Notes under the pieces: model-generated
Database searches by the model: none
Told to the model about the DNA's origin: nothing
The model's input: the letters and a program-made list of their open reading frames with translations, nothing else
NCBI RefSeq assembly: GCF_026571515.1
Contig: NW_026858822.1
Location: forward strand, 124,001 to 188,000
Source: Ruditapes philippinarum
Lineage: Eukaryota
DNA length: 64,000 nucleotides
Reading direction: 5' to 3'
Shown: positions 34,801 to 48,553 of the stretch, piece by piece
Numbering within the stretch: position 1 is the stretch's first letter
Layout: each line of letters starts with the position of its first letter
Translations under genes and position numbers: made by a program

Positions 34801-37557
34801 TAGATGGCCATGTGTCAGCAGTAATTGCAGAAAATCGGATAGCTTTCAACATCCGGATACTGGTACACTTTGTAAAAACAACCATTCTGCGCAACAGATA
34901 AATGTAATAAGGATAAAATCAATAGGATAATCGTTTACAACAGTTCCATTACCTATCCTTATACTCAATTGCAGGTGAACTTTCTTCTTGTAGGAAAATT
35001 TTGAAAATGTATAAATGAATGAATGAACTGATACGGCCTCAATCTAGACCACAACGATATTCGAAATCCGGGTTTTAGTATTGTCATTAAAACTAAGGGA
35101 CAAGCTGTTAAACTTAACCTGCAATTTCGTGAAAATAATATCACAATGCACATGCTTTTTACATAAAGTTATTAAATACAAATATAACAACACATTTGTT
35201 TACTTGATTTTTACGAATCAAAATAAAACTAATTAACACAACATGAAATTAACTGCTAATAATAACAGCTCCTTCCATAGGCAAAAATAAAAAGCATTCC
35301 ATAATAGACGACGCCGCTCACCGGCGTCGCCAATAAAACAGTTTTCTGAGTCGGAAGTACAACACAATCTTACAAAATGTAACATCACATACTTTAAAAT
35401 ACACTCAAGCGCGTTCTAACACAACCGCACGCGCACGCTTCTCATGCATTCACATTCTTAAAATAGATGTTATTAAACACGAATGATTTAACCACAAATT
35501 AAAAACGTCTATACAAAAGTAAATAGTAAATCAAACTTAATAATAGTAAAGAAACGGTGATATTACACATGGAAAATTAATTAAAGAATTTATGATATTA
35601 AATCACTTTGATGTCTAAAGGCGTATTTTCCATCGTACATTTCATGTATTCATTGTCAGACTATGTATTTACTAAAAGGCTTAGGAGATATATAATTGTA
35701 AGTTAACGAATAGCGTCTTGAAAAATCACAGCATTTCACAGAATTCTGTTAATATAAAAGATCCTTTAACACTATTTCTCATGGTTTTAAATCATAAATA
35801 TCATGCTCAAATTAAGATTTATCAATATTGTAGGTTCCAAAAAGCATTATTTATCAAGATATTACCGAATTTAACATTTCATGTCAATAAAGGGAGGTAA
35901 TAAAAAATGTTATTTTCTATAAAGTTTGAGTCAAATTTTACAATAAGAAATCCATGCATATTTTTTAATGATTACATACAATATGCACAAATATTTACAG
36001 TACATATTTTACATATTCTTCGATGTTTGAAAATTCTTTTATTTGCATAATTATGTATATATATATAATTTCACTTAGTGTGGTTTACCACTTTGATCCT
36101 TTAATTAAAATATATTGCTATGGAACGCCGCCTTTGCGCAATTGCGAATATTGTTCTTGATTTATGTTTTTTATATTAATTAATATTATTTATTTCCTTT
36201 TTCGAGAGGGGATGAAAAGGGTGAAAGGGGGAGGTTCGACAGTCTTTCCGCTCTGCTTTATTAGCCGTTACCAAAAGACATCATTTTACTACCGGAAACC
36301 TATGAACACCCTGGTCAGCATACGGAGTAGTTTCATAACTCCTGAACTCCTTCGTCTATATCACTCAAACATGGTTCACTTTTTAATTGAAATACAAGTA
36401 AACTTGAAACTTGAAAACTTGATTTAACGCCTATTTCTACATATAGAATACATATTCAATGACGTTGTACAGCTATATACCTTATATGTGCTACTCCCAG
36501 TGCTACCATACACAATACTCCCAGCAGTGCGACGGTCACAGTGATTGGGTCAATCCCAACCAACATGTAACAATCTACACCCCTGCACCCCTGCACATGA
36601 TAACACATGGGCTAGACTTTATTATATTATTGTACAATGAAAACAGTAAAAACTGATAGAAATATACAAACATGCACAAAACAATTAGGAACAGACAATG
36701 CCTTCAGCGTCACTTAAAAAAGTGCAAAAAAGTCCTTGAAGTAAAGTGATTTCAAATCGAAATACAAGTATTCTGTATTAAATTCTATACGCTTGTATAT
36801 TTAGTAACGAAGTTGTCCGGTTACGCGCATATTTTACTGAAATTGAGACCAAATCTAAAAAAAATCAGTTTGAAAGAGTTTTTCAAATACGAAGTGTGAT
36901 TCATTTACCTATTTCAATAAAAATATTATCTAAGTACACTTAAGATTTTACAAAAATTGTATTGTACATTCAGTTTTCACGGCCTACACATGTAACCGAC
37001 CTTAATCACGCCGACGTCAACGACCTTCCATAATATTACATTGTACACTCAATTGATTAAATAAAGAATGATGCGTAAAGAAATTACAATTATATACGCT
37101 TTATGCCAAAAGACAATGGAAAAAGAACAACAAAAACACACACAAAAAATTCAACAACAAAAAACAAGGAAGCAATATATCAAAAATTTGATATCAATAA
37201 GAACAAAGTGACATGTTACACCTTGTTATTTTTTCATCTCGAATAATGAAAAGTTAATAGTTTCTTTATGGCCTTACACAGCCAAAATTACATCATACTT
37301 AATTTTGCTAATAGCCGGCGCAGCGGTGTACAGACAGGTGTACTTTATTGTCTTTTTTAACAAGAACTTCCGACTAGAAACACACGATAATTAATTGTCA
37401 TATAGCATACATATATGTGATTTACCATTTGTTATTCTGACATTGAGCTAAACCATGTATTAATTAATGATATGTGATTGATCAGTGCTGTTAACATTTA
37501 TGTGAAGCATTTAACGTTATTTCATAATTGAAAGTAGGGAAATTCACTTAAGACAAA

Positions 37558-39721
37558 ATGCATCTTGCGGTTAGTACGTGTCTTTTAATTCTTACGATCT
37601 GCACTTGTGGAATTAATGCTTCAAATGAACAGATATTTGCTCCAGGTAAATACATAGCGGGTTTTTTTTATTATTATTACAATTTTGAAATATCATTTAA
37701 TTTTGAGTTTATTGTTATTCAAAGGCATAGTAAGCATCAAAATATTTTTTTCTCCAATAAAAAGGAAACATGCGTTTTGTAATTTTTTCATAATTCATTG
37801 TACATTTAGAGTATATACGATACTCATCGTGTGAAAGAAGAACCGTTGATTATAAGTAATATGTTATCAAAGTAGTAAAATGTTCCCAAAGTGTTTTTTA
37901 CGTCTTCCATACAAAATACCAAATCTTTTATTTTCGTAACCGTCAAAAAGCACCAATATGACCAATACATTCGTTAAATAAACTGTATAAACAGGAAAAA
38001 GTTTTTGAAAAATAAAAATTATATTATTTTCTTGGGCTGAATAAGCTTTTAATATTGCACGGTAGATGTGACACAATTTTAAAACCAAGGCTACAGAAAA
38101 GCCTTATTGCGTACATTTGTGTTACTAAACACATGCAAATTTGTGGCTCAGAGACAATCTTTATGTTATCGTATGTTTTTTTTTCGTTCCAGCTATCCCA
38201 AGTACAGGAGGAGGAAATGGTGGATGTAAGTTTTACTTTAATTCTTATTTCTTCGTTAAGACATACTTCTGCAGACCATCACCTTTTGGGGAAAGAAATA
38301 TTTTGGATATAGCTAATGTATTGTATTAATAATATACAATCAAGAAGAACCTGATGTTGCTGGTATTTGATGTGCCTTGAACTGTTTTAGCCCCAGCAAT
38401 GATAACACTATATCTTTTCTACCGGGACTGTTGTGGCACAGAGGTGACATATTTGTGTTTTTATTTCTCTCGTGCGCTCTAGATACTATGTCGTGGCCAC
38501 AAGTTACTATGTCGTGCGCACAAGATAATTAATCGTACGACTTAGTTACTCGTGGCCATGACATAGTACATTGTGCCCACGACTAAATTATCTTGTGCCA
38601 ACGACTTAGTAACTCGTGGCCACGGCACAATATCATGTGCCCACGACTTAATTATCTCTTGTATACGACTGAGTAACTCGTGGTCACGACATAGCATCCC
38701 ATGCGCACCACTTAATTATTTCGTGCGCACGACCAAGTAACTCGTTGAAACGACATAGTATCTCGTGCGCACGAGATAAATAAAAACACACACATATCAC
38801 CTCTGTGCCACCGTACGGGACAGAGCTAGACCAGTGTGTCTGACCGGACCAGTCCACCCCGTGCATGGGTATGCGGTGTGATCTGACCAGATCAACCAGT
38901 ATGACCGGACCAGATCAGCCTGTGCAATCCTGTATTGTGACATAACCTTCAACTTTATTATAGTATTTAATTCCATTTATGATATTTAGCGTGGTTAATT
39001 ACAGACTCCCTTCAACTACAAATGAACATTCCCAAATTCAAAGAAGGAAATTTTCATTTTCACAAATTCATTAGGGGTAAAAATTAAATGTTGGCACAAT
39101 CTACAACAAAATAAAGTTATGAAGGATCTACGTCTTTAGTAACAAACTTGTTGTCCGAAAGGAATAATTATTTAACATATTGCCATTGCTCGCCTTGTTT
39201 AGATTGATACCTTTCATGTGTGCTATTTTAGAGGACACGTTGAAACGTTTGAAATATTTATCTTTTGTTTTGTACATGTTCTTTCATATTTTTCAATAAG
39301 TTGTTTCTTTGAGGTTATTATTCCAGCTGTTTTATGCACATTGTAGTTATTTTGAAAAGTAACTTACTTCACTATTTATTGAAAACATAAATATTTGAGC
39401 ATGAACGATTTAAAAGGGAGACAATCGTGTGTAACCTTAACCACTTAAATTTATTGAGTTGTCTCCCGTGTATCATGTCTAGTGCTCATTTTCTTTTCAT
39501 TTCCAGTCGGTCCGGGTGGCTCTCTGGCGGACATGTATTGTGCGTATTGCAGACAACGAGGCTGGACCGATTGTATCCGAAGATACTGTTTCGGAGGATT
39601 TGGCGCGTTCGGGATCGTAAATCAAGCGGGTTTCATTTCCAGTTTTCAGCCCCAGGAACGTTTTATTTTCAATGACGACCCTAAGTTTTATCTTCGTTTG
39701 AAATATCTATATGATAATTGA
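37558..39721 (+). CDS. Small secreted Gly-rich, 4-Cys peptide precursor, 111 aa. Exons 37558-37645, 38193-38225 and 39507-39721
   Basis: Signal-peptide-like MHLAVSTCLLILTICTCGINA. Two phase-1 introns with canonical ends (G|gtaaat..ttccag|C and T|gtaagt..ttccag|T) give SNEQIFAPAIPSTGGGNGGFGPGGSLADMYCAYCRQRGWTDCIRRYCFGGFGAFG... in one 336-nt frame. Confidence 0.75.
38429..38815. mobile_element. Non-autonomous IS3EU-like element with a 6-bp TSD and internal tcgtgNNcacga repeats
   Basis: TIR gtggcacagaggtga..tgtgtttttatt matches aataaaaacaca..tcacctctgtgccaccgta. TSD CGGGAC at 38423-38428 and 38816-38821. Confidence 0.85.
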
Positions 39722-40729
39722 TAGGTACTCACCATTCTTGTTTTAAAGACTGAGGTTATTCTAGCAGCTCATCATTATCAACAACAACAACACCACCAAC
39801 GACGACGACGACGACGGTGATAGAAGCCTTTAAGAATCTTTTCGTTACACTTTACATATAATTCATTGGCGCTTAAGTTACATTGACATTTGTATATTTT
39901 AAAGCCATGTATTATTTTTAATTGACAAAAATATATTTGTACTTTTTTTCCTTCATTTAAAAATGTATACCATTTTATATTTCTCCATTGGATTAAAACA
40001 ATATATATCTGTTTTATGCATTTATGATGTAATTGTTCACGAATACTTCATTATATTCATTTATGAAGCTTTACGAAACATACTATGCATTTTCAAGAGT
40101 CTATATTCTATATATAACTGTGTGTGTGTTACATGTACATAAACATTGTTTTGTTTTAAGATATATAATTATGCTTGATTGTAAAACACATGTACGCAGA
40201 ATAAATTACATATCAATCACATTCAAGTCGACTTCCTGGAACAAAACAGAACTAGTGTCATATGACTGAGGAAATCTGTTCGTGGTCGGGGTTGGGCTCA
40301 AACCCCAGATCCCTGGGTTAAAAACACACAAAAAAAACTTTAACGACTAGACCTACGGACGCATAATTTACTTAGTTTATTTAGTATATTATAGTATTTA
40401 CCTTTCCTATACACATATGGACAATTTCATCAATAATTAAGATATTATATCTGTACTTATGTTTAAAAAAGAAAGTTTCAGCTATTCTAAGCCGAACTTT
40501 TCGGTCTTGGCTAATGATTAATGGTAATATATGAGAAGTTCCGAATGTCACATTGTAAGCAAAACAATGCACGGAAATTCGGTTATTAACAACATTGAAT
40601 CATCCAAAGAAAAAGCTATAAAAGAAACACTCAAAATCTTAGCACTGGACAACGCCCCTCTGTTAAATCCTTAAACACATGTACATAAAAGAACGACAGA
40701 GAGAGATTTCATTAAAAATGATAAGCTAA

Positions 40730-40738
40730 AAGAAGAAG

Positions 40739-40770
<32 letters not shown>

Positions 40771-40925
40771 GAAGAAGAAGAAGAAGAAGAAGGAGAAAGG
40801 AGTCTATGATACTTGAACAATATTTGATGCCGATCACTCTGTTGGTGTTGTATCATGTCAAGTAATGTTAACGTGCTAAATGAATAAATGAATGAATGAA
40901 TGAATGAATGAATGAATGAATGAAA
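40730..40925. repeat. (GAA)n and (TGAA)n microsatellites
   Basis: Visible at 40730-40795 and 40880-40925. Confidence 0.95.
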
Positions 40926-41342
40926 GACCAGCATAATTTTTATGTCTTTATAACTGACATTTTCCATAAAGCGCTTTGATAATTTCATTTTTTCATTTAG
41001 GACTGAATCATAAAATCTGAAAACAAAACATGTACTTCTTAAACGCATGACTTTTTGAATGACCATGACTTCTAATTAACAAAATGTAGATACATAAATA
41101 TTAACACCATATCAGGTTTCCCGGTTTTATTACTGGGCACTCAATTGTGAAAAATGACAAGTTTTAATAATGGAGTCATGTCACGGTCACATTATACCGG
41201 TATTTGTAAACGTTCACTTTTAACTTAAACGTTATTAAACATATCTTTAAAACCTTTAAATGGAATCAATGCGAAAATATATTTGTGTTTTCGAAGGAAC
41301 TTAAACTAATTTCTTACAGCAAATTCTAAATTTTCTGTAACC

Positions 41343-43034
41343 ATGGAAAAGACGATGTGTGACCCTTGTAAAGCCAGGTCAAGGTCACTGGCCGCTTCAT
41401 ACTGGTGTCCGTTTTGTCGTGAGGCATTTTGTAAGGTGTGTTGTCAGTTTCACCAGACGATGAAATTGACCCGCAGCCACAAAGTTCACACACTTAGTGA
41501 CCTTAATCCGCACGACAGGGAGCGCGACAGTTCTGGGCAGAGTTTTCGACTCGAAACCCTGACCCCAGTCACCTTCAACGAAAAGACACAGCTACGTGAA
41601 ATAGACAATATTTTAGTTTTTATGGACGGATTGAGTGACACGAGCCTAACACTGAAGAAAATGTTCTTTGATTTGAAATTGCAAAACGAATCTGAAAAGA
41701 ATGAATGCTTGAGAAAAGTGGCACTGTTTAAGCAACGATTAAAACAATTAGCAGACGATTTCGAGCGTCACATTTCCGGTGAGCTTGATTACATTCACCA
41801 TGCAGAGAACGTTCAAGTTGATTCCAGAATAGAAGAATGTGAACAGATCTTCAACGCTCTTGAACTGTCGAAAGACTTAGCGCAAAGCGTAAAAACAGAG
41901 TATATAACTCCGCAGACGATAAGTAAGGTGAACTCTGCACGACAACGGTGTAATGAGTACAAATTTTCTTTACAAAGAATACACAGTCGTCTGCAACCGG
42001 TCAAATATAACCTAGCTATTGATCGTAACGTTTCTGATGCGCTCAACACCACGCCGGGTGTTATTGGTAAGATAGAAACAAGTCATGAGAACGATGACCT
42101 CTTTGAAGACTCTGACGCCAAACAAAACAGACGCGAAAGCATCGTTTCAAATAATATGGCGCGTGCTTCCGGCTCAATGGGCAGGCCACAGACGTTTCTT
42201 TCGAATTCCGAGCATGCGCAGAAAGTCAATGAAATATATCTTCAACGAAAAGATGATCATGACGAACTTATGATTACGTCAATTTGTGCACTGAATAATA
42301 ACCATTTCATAACTCTCGATCGCAATAACAACAAGTTACTCCTTGTACACCAAGACGGTACCATTGTGACGTCATACGTGTTTACGAATCAAATTTGGGA
42401 CATGGCGTTAATTGACTCTCTTACGGTTGCCGTCACCGTACCAGATAATGACAAGATTGTTCTTGTGAAGGTGAGAAACAAGAACCTTTGCGCGGAGCGC
42501 TTAATTAAAACAAGCAATATATGCTATGGAATTAGTTCCATCGAAGGATTCATGGTTGTGACAGTTAAGGGTGGCTACGTCAAAATTGTGACAAAAGCCG
42601 GTGAAGAAGTGGCATCAATACGTCATAATTCACGCGGAGAAGTCCTGTTCACAGATCCACAACACATAGCAACAAATCGTGAACAAAATGAGTTGTATGT
42701 GTCGGACTATACGTTACACACCGTAACAGCCTTGTTCCTGACTGGCGTGAAGATTGACACACAGCCGAAATTTGTCTTCCGGAATAACGAGCTACAAAAT
42801 CCCACAGGACTGTGTTTGGATGTCCAAGGCTACGTGTACGTTTGTGGGTACTCCTCGCACAATGTTCTTAAATTGTCGTCTGACGGTCAACTTTTACAAG
42901 CGTTACTAACAGGTATCATGAATCCGCAGACGGTCGCTTTAACGACAATGGAAGACCAGTTATTGGTATCAAGTCTCAGCACCGGCGGAAAGACGAAACA
43001 TATGCAAAATGTGATAGAAGTATTCCGAATGTGA
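41343..43034 (+). CDS. RING-less TRIM-like protein: B-box zinc finger, coiled coil and NHL/beta-propeller, 563 aa, single coding exon
   Basis: B-box CDPC..AASYWCPFCREAFCKVCCQFHQ..SHKV, a heptad-rich middle region, and NHL-like repeats (PTGLCLDVQGYVYVCGYSSHNV; PQHIAT..LYVSD). An acceptor (ttcttacag) just upstream implies a 5' UTR intron. Confidence 0.9.
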   Translation: MEKTMCDPCKARSRSLAASYWCPFCREAFCKVCCQFHQTMKLTRSHKVHTLSDLNPHDRERDSSGQSFRLETLTPVTFNEKTQLREIDNILVFMDGLSDTSLTLKKMFFDLKLQNESEKNECLRKVALFKQRLKQLADDFERHISGELDYIHHAENVQVDSRIEECEQIFNALELSKDLAQSVKTEYITPQTISKVNSARQRCNEYKFSLQRIHSRLQPVKYNLAIDRNVSDALNTTPGVIGKIETSHENDDLFEDSDAKQNRRESIVSNNMARASGSMGRPQTFLSNSEHAQKVNEIYLQRKDDHDELMITSICALNNNHFITLDRNNNKLLLVHQDGTIVTSYVFTNQIWDMALIDSLTVAVTVPDNDKIVLVKVRNKNLCAERLIKTSNICYGISSIEGFMVVTVKGGYVKIVTKAGEEVASIRHNSRGEVLFTDPQHIATNREQNELYVSDYTLHTVTALFLTGVKIDTQPKFVFRNNELQNPTGLCLDVQGYVYVCGYSSHNVLKLSSDGQLLQALLTGIMNPQTVALTTMEDQLLVSSLSTGGKTKHMQNVIEVFRM

Positions 43035-45154
43035 CAAATATGTAGTTTTCAGTTAATAATTCTGGATGTATAAAATTTGTCTTTTGATGTTTTATAGAAA
43101 GTTGCTGATTTTCTTTTATAACATGCATACCGGTATCTAATAGAAGTTGCGAATGTACTCTAAACTAGTGGTAAATTTATATTATGCAAAACTATAATTG
43201 TGAAAACAATATATGCCTTTATTTAGTTTATAATAAAAAAATGATGAGAAGACATTCTAAACAGAATTTCGCTTGGGTCTGTTTTTTATTAGATAGAAAA
43301 AGAACTGTTATATCTTTGAGAAAAGGAAAAAAGTCTCTATATCGGTTAGTCCGGAACACCTCGCCGAATGCTAAACATCCTTGGAAAGAGATGAAAAGTT
43401 TTTTTTCGTCCCTCAAATGTACACATTACATGTAAAATTATATCCGTAAAGAAAATCAGCGCACAACGTATCAAAATAATATACCGATATCTCGTACAAA
43501 TGCATGTGCGACCAAATGCACTCCTACTTAACAGTGGCTCTTTTCACATTTTGGTGATAATTTTAAATGAGTGCACTCCAATCGCAACTACTCGGCCCTT
43601 TCCGTCAGTCTTCGGATAAGGATTAATCAATCGCAACTACTCGGCCCTTTCCGTCAGTCTTCGGATAAGGAAAGATAATAGCCGAGGCAGTTCCGAATGA
43701 AGGATTAATATTATAGATAATAGCCGAGTCAGTTCCGAGGAGGCAGTACACAGTTTCGGCTGTTTAGTTTCGAATTGGCAAATAAGAGACAGTTTTGAAA
43801 TTGAAGTGGATATTTGAGGTTCTAAATGTTTAAAGTTACTATATTTCAAGTTTCAATGACTAGTATTGTGTTTCAGTTATTTAGTAAAATTGAATTTAGT
43901 GGCGTTGACCCTTGTTTTTATGAGAGAGTACCTGTCGGATGCGAACGTGTGGTTTCTGGAGCTAGCCGGTGAATCAGCTCTTCAATTTAAAGGGTATGCA
44001 GAAGACTTAGAATAGTGAAAAAAGTAGGTGGATGGCACCCCGTTTGGATGTTATTTTCAGATTGTGCATTGTTTAAGGAGGTAGAAACACTATAGCTTGT
44101 GATTTAAGTTTTTGACGTTAATATATTGTTGTATTTTGCGAATAGGGATAATCCGCTTATTTTGTCGTTGATTTTCGCGACCAAAACAATGAAAAACACA
44201 GGGCTGTGTGCCAGAAAACTAGAAGGTGGACATGTATTTTTAATTGTTTGCTGTGAGATACATATATATATGTTAAATATGAAATGCATTTATTTCAGGT
44301 GTGTGATTACAGACTTGTGTGTGAGGTTTTGATTGTGGCGCAGTCAGTTGTTTGCCGAGAAGCCTTGAAAACTGTGTATTGCCCCCCGAATGGAGAGCAC
44401 TCGACACTACCCTCCTGACTTTCGTCTATATTTATCCATTTTGGTTCCGAATTTTTATGCAGTCACTTTCCCGAAAACATGCAATGCGTATTCATGAAGA
44501 AAACGTCGCTTTATGGACTCAAAATACAATTATAACAAAATCTTACCACTACATTCAGTTGTTCACGATGGGTGAACTACCTTAAACTATATCGTCGAAT
44601 CTTTCTTTGATATTGTTAATTTAAATTGTTCTATATATTTGTCAAAGCAGTTTTATGCTCTCGCAATCTGTTTTATATATTGGATTTTTAAAAGTATATA
44701 TTCCAGAGAAAACGGAAGTTAATTAAGTCATAACAGCGTCTCTCCATCTGTGTGTAAAGACGCACGCATGATGGCCATAAACAATGACGCTTTTATCGGA
44801 ATGCTAGCCTGGAGATGCATTTCTAAAACAGTTTCTCGGAACATATAAAACAATTTCTCGTAATTATTAGTTTTCACTTTGATATGGAAACAAATGCAGG
44901 CCATCTTCGAAAAGGCGGCATGCAATATTACACTGTTTACATAGATTAATGGCTCGAAATAAATGTATGATCCAGATTCGGGACAATTTTCTACTAGCTT
45001 TTCAATCGGAATACATCGCCCATCCTCAACAAAATAATAATCTATATCCAAAGATTAAAAGAAAGGGCCAACATGTTGCGATTGGAAGATTAAAGGAGGA
45101 TTTGGGAAAATCGAATTTTGTTGTGTTGGCTGTTAATATTTTAAAAACATTCTT

Positions 45155-45426
45155 ACGCACCAGTCAGTTGTAAAATTGACCCCCACCCGGGGTAAAATCG
45201 GGGAATGAATCTTCGATTATCATACCCACGGAAAAGGCCCGCCCTGCCTGTGTGGACAGTCAATTCTATATGTCCCACGTAAGTTGCTAGTCAGACATAT
45301 ACATTGTACTCTGTTATTTTGGCGCCAATGTAAATCCGGATTGCACGGGGACATACAGGAACGTCAAATATGCTCATTTTCCACGCCCCGACGATGGGAC
45401 GGGGTTACAATTGACTGAAGCGTTAT
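45155..45426. mobile_element. Degenerate MITE
   Basis: acgcaccagtcagttgtaa at the left is inverted relative to ttacaattgactgaagcgt at the right. Confidence 0.55.
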
Positions 45427-47352
45427 CATCCCATGATATCTTTGTTTGTTATAACTTTCCAATTATTTTTGCAAAATAGTTCAATGCTGTTTGTTATGGA
45501 AGGCAAACCTTGACCTATTGCCACAGTCTAGGTGATAAAAATGAAACATCTGTCAGACTATCTATGTAGGCCTATCATCAAAAACTTACTAGAAACAATG
45601 CATTATATACATCCATAAATATGTATACATCAAAGCGGATGTTTTAACAAAGAGAACAATACGATTTATACAACAATAGATACAGTTACATTAAATATCT
45701 CGTGCATGACAATGATTGATTTGCCTGCACGTGAAAATTGATATTTCCAAGATCGAAGTTTGAGAAAAACCGAGCGGATTTTCAAAATAAAAAAAATCCG
45801 ACAATTTTAAGATGTAAAGAAATAATGATTTAAATATTGATACATTAAAATTTCACTAATACCTGTAATGAAGTTGTTTTAATAGTTATAGAGGTAAAAT
45901 CGTTTAAGTTTTTGCAAGTTTTAGCTGTGAGTAACTGATAAGAGAACAACAAAATTCCTTTCGGATCTATTTATTTGTGCCACTCATTAAGCCTATTTAT
46001 AGCAGAAAACGTTATAGATAACATTCGTACCGTGTATAGGTGATATTTATAACATAGATTTCATTTTTGGATTGAGGAATTTGTTTTGCATCCATTTGTT
46101 ATTTCTGATCAAATTTTCCAATTTACTCATTGTTTCGTAACGTTGGTGTACTATTATCTGTTTTGACTATAATCATTTGATACTCGTCGAAATGCACCGA
46201 AAATAAGCACTTTTTTCTTCTGATATGACGAAATGGGCCGTCTGCTACGTCTTATCATGGTATTGGTGATATGCGGAGATAAAACATTAAGAGCTTTTGC
46301 ACCAGATGTCAACATTATTTGATACAAGGTAAGTGCTATAACTATATCAGTCATGTCTTAAATATATTAGAACTTTTTCTAAACAAATAATTTGAACTTC
46401 ATTTTTAATATGTAAAAGAAATGCCATCATGGTGTCAAACTGGCATTTTTCTGCTTTATATCAGCAAATTGTACACCTTTTTTTGAATTTCAAAGTTTAC
46501 CGATATACTGATCTTTGTTTGCTGTGATTTAGAGACGGACAGAACCAATTTTCTAAACATAAAAAAATCAGAATGCATATTATAACATGTTCCAAATCCC
46601 TTAATTTGGACAGAACCACGAAACTCTTATTGGATAGCTATAGAAGTCGGGGGTTGGGGGATGCCAAGCCATTAAAACGTCTTGCACTAGAACAACTGGA
46701 GCCTTTGTTGGGCCATTAGAGCTAAAGAAGATGAAAAAAGAATAGATATGATAAACCTTGATTACGTTGCCATGAAAAAATGGGTAGATTATTGTCACAC
46801 TTTGTCTGTAGCGTTTGTCTTAATTACACAATTCTCTCACGTTTGTTTTCTCTGGGGAAAAAATCAATCCCTTTTAAATAGGGGTCGTAAGACATACATA
46901 TTGAAATATGTTCACCACTTCTCACTAATCAACATATGAATTATGATTAAATATGGTTTGTAGAATCTTTTAGTTGGTCGGCCCCTTCTTGAGGGCCACC
47001 AAAATATCGTAGATATCACAGAACTTTGTCTTCAGCAGATGTTCTTCTACCAAGTTTACTTTAAAGATTAATTTAGTCGTCACCTTCTTGGGGTTCCTGT
47101 AGCTAGAAGTTGATCAAAATAAATTGCAAGAATTTATTTCTCAATTGTACTTAAAAAGAATTAACTTTTTTCTGTTTAAATTAACAGGTATATCATCAAT
47201 GGATTTGGTCCTATTGAAAGATACATCGGAATTATTTGAGCTAAAAAAATAAAAGCGTTTTAAAATAGCGTATGTATCTTTTTTATGCAAGTGAGCGACG
47301 GTCAGCCAACATGGTCCTCTTGTTACATGTTTTGTTCGTTATGTGACGGCAG

Positions 47353-47405
<53 letters not shown>

Positions 47406-48276
47406 ATATCTATTTTAAGAAGGTAACACATATAAATGTACACAGTTAATGAAAAATGAAATAAAAACTGGTAACAGTAACTGATGAAAAGAGGACAAAA
47501 TCGTTATATTTTAAAGGTTTTCAGACAGAGTATCCGGGTACGAATTTCAGGTACGTTTCACATTTCGCATGTGATGTTATTTTTTTGGAAATGATATTGA
47601 AAAAGGGTGTTTATACGGAAATTATATAGATAATATAATGTTCAATCCCGGATGCACATATATTGTTGTCCAACAATTAGGACAAAAAATATAATTCGCT
47701 AGATCAGTTTATTAGATTACCTTTTTCCTTTAATAACGTGGTTATTCATTTTGAAATTTTCTTCCCATGGATAGACATGTTATATGTTAAGTATAGATAT
47801 AATGATATGTTTTTTAAGGTCGATTCATTTATTAACATATTTATATGTATATTTATTATCATTTTTGAAATCTGGATTTATTAAGTGGTAAACATCTCCC
47901 GGGCAGTGGTGGCATGAGGTTAAATTAATTTTGTCTGACTCATAGCCCGGCGTTGACAATTCTGAAAAAAATGTAAGCAAAGCAACATCTGTTGTCGACT
48001 CAAGTGTTATTGGATTAATATAGCAGAATAACGTGGACACATTTTTCCTTTATGCTATTATTTTCTTGCAATTGAGCAAAATTATTGTACATTCATGTAG
48101 TTACGGTTATTGTTAAATGAGAAACTATTTACCACCAATATTATTTCAAAAGGTGTTTTAATACAATAAACATAAAATGGATATTAGAAGATCGATTTTG
48201 GTCAGCTGTTAAAAACGTGATATTGTTTTTTTTTTCTTTTAAAGACTTGGAATTTTATGTACGTCTGCTACATAAA

Positions 48277-48553
48277 ATGAATGACAAAACGGAAGTATCG
48301 AGATTTGCTATTGGAGCAGACGACTCGTCTTCTTACTACAGCTTCACTTCAAACATGTCCGTAAATACTGCTGCGGAAAATGACAATGGATTTTGGACTC
48401 GGTTTACACAGTTCTTCCAGAGGGTCAAGGACAGTTCAACATCCCCGCTTATTGAGAACGCGCCAAATGTCAAAAGGACTCTGAACTCATTTAGCGGGGT
48501 CTTCGCACCAGTCGCACTGTCTATGTTCGGAAATCTTCTATTTATTAGAATCG
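48277..48553 (+). CDS. SLC12A9: SLC12A9-like cation-chloride cotransporter, alternative N-terminal/TM1 exon A
   Basis: MNDKTEVSRFAIG...KRTLNSFSGVFAPVALSMFGNLLFIRIG ends at a phase-1 donor G|gtatgt. Confidence 0.8.

Noticed and set aside
40671-41066. 131-aa poly-Ser ORF
   Set aside because: It is produced by the (GAA)n and (TGAA)n microsatellites.
43580-43672. ~43-bp direct duplication
   Set aside because: Only two copies, with no ends or TSD to define an element.
44728-45051. ORF containing YIYFEPL as another sulfotransferase exon
   Set aside because: No RSGS-type motif upstream and no convincing splice sites, so the match is probably chance.
46154-46354. Short ORF with a hydrophobic start and KKVLIFGAFR
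   Set aside because: No linked exons or recognisable domain.
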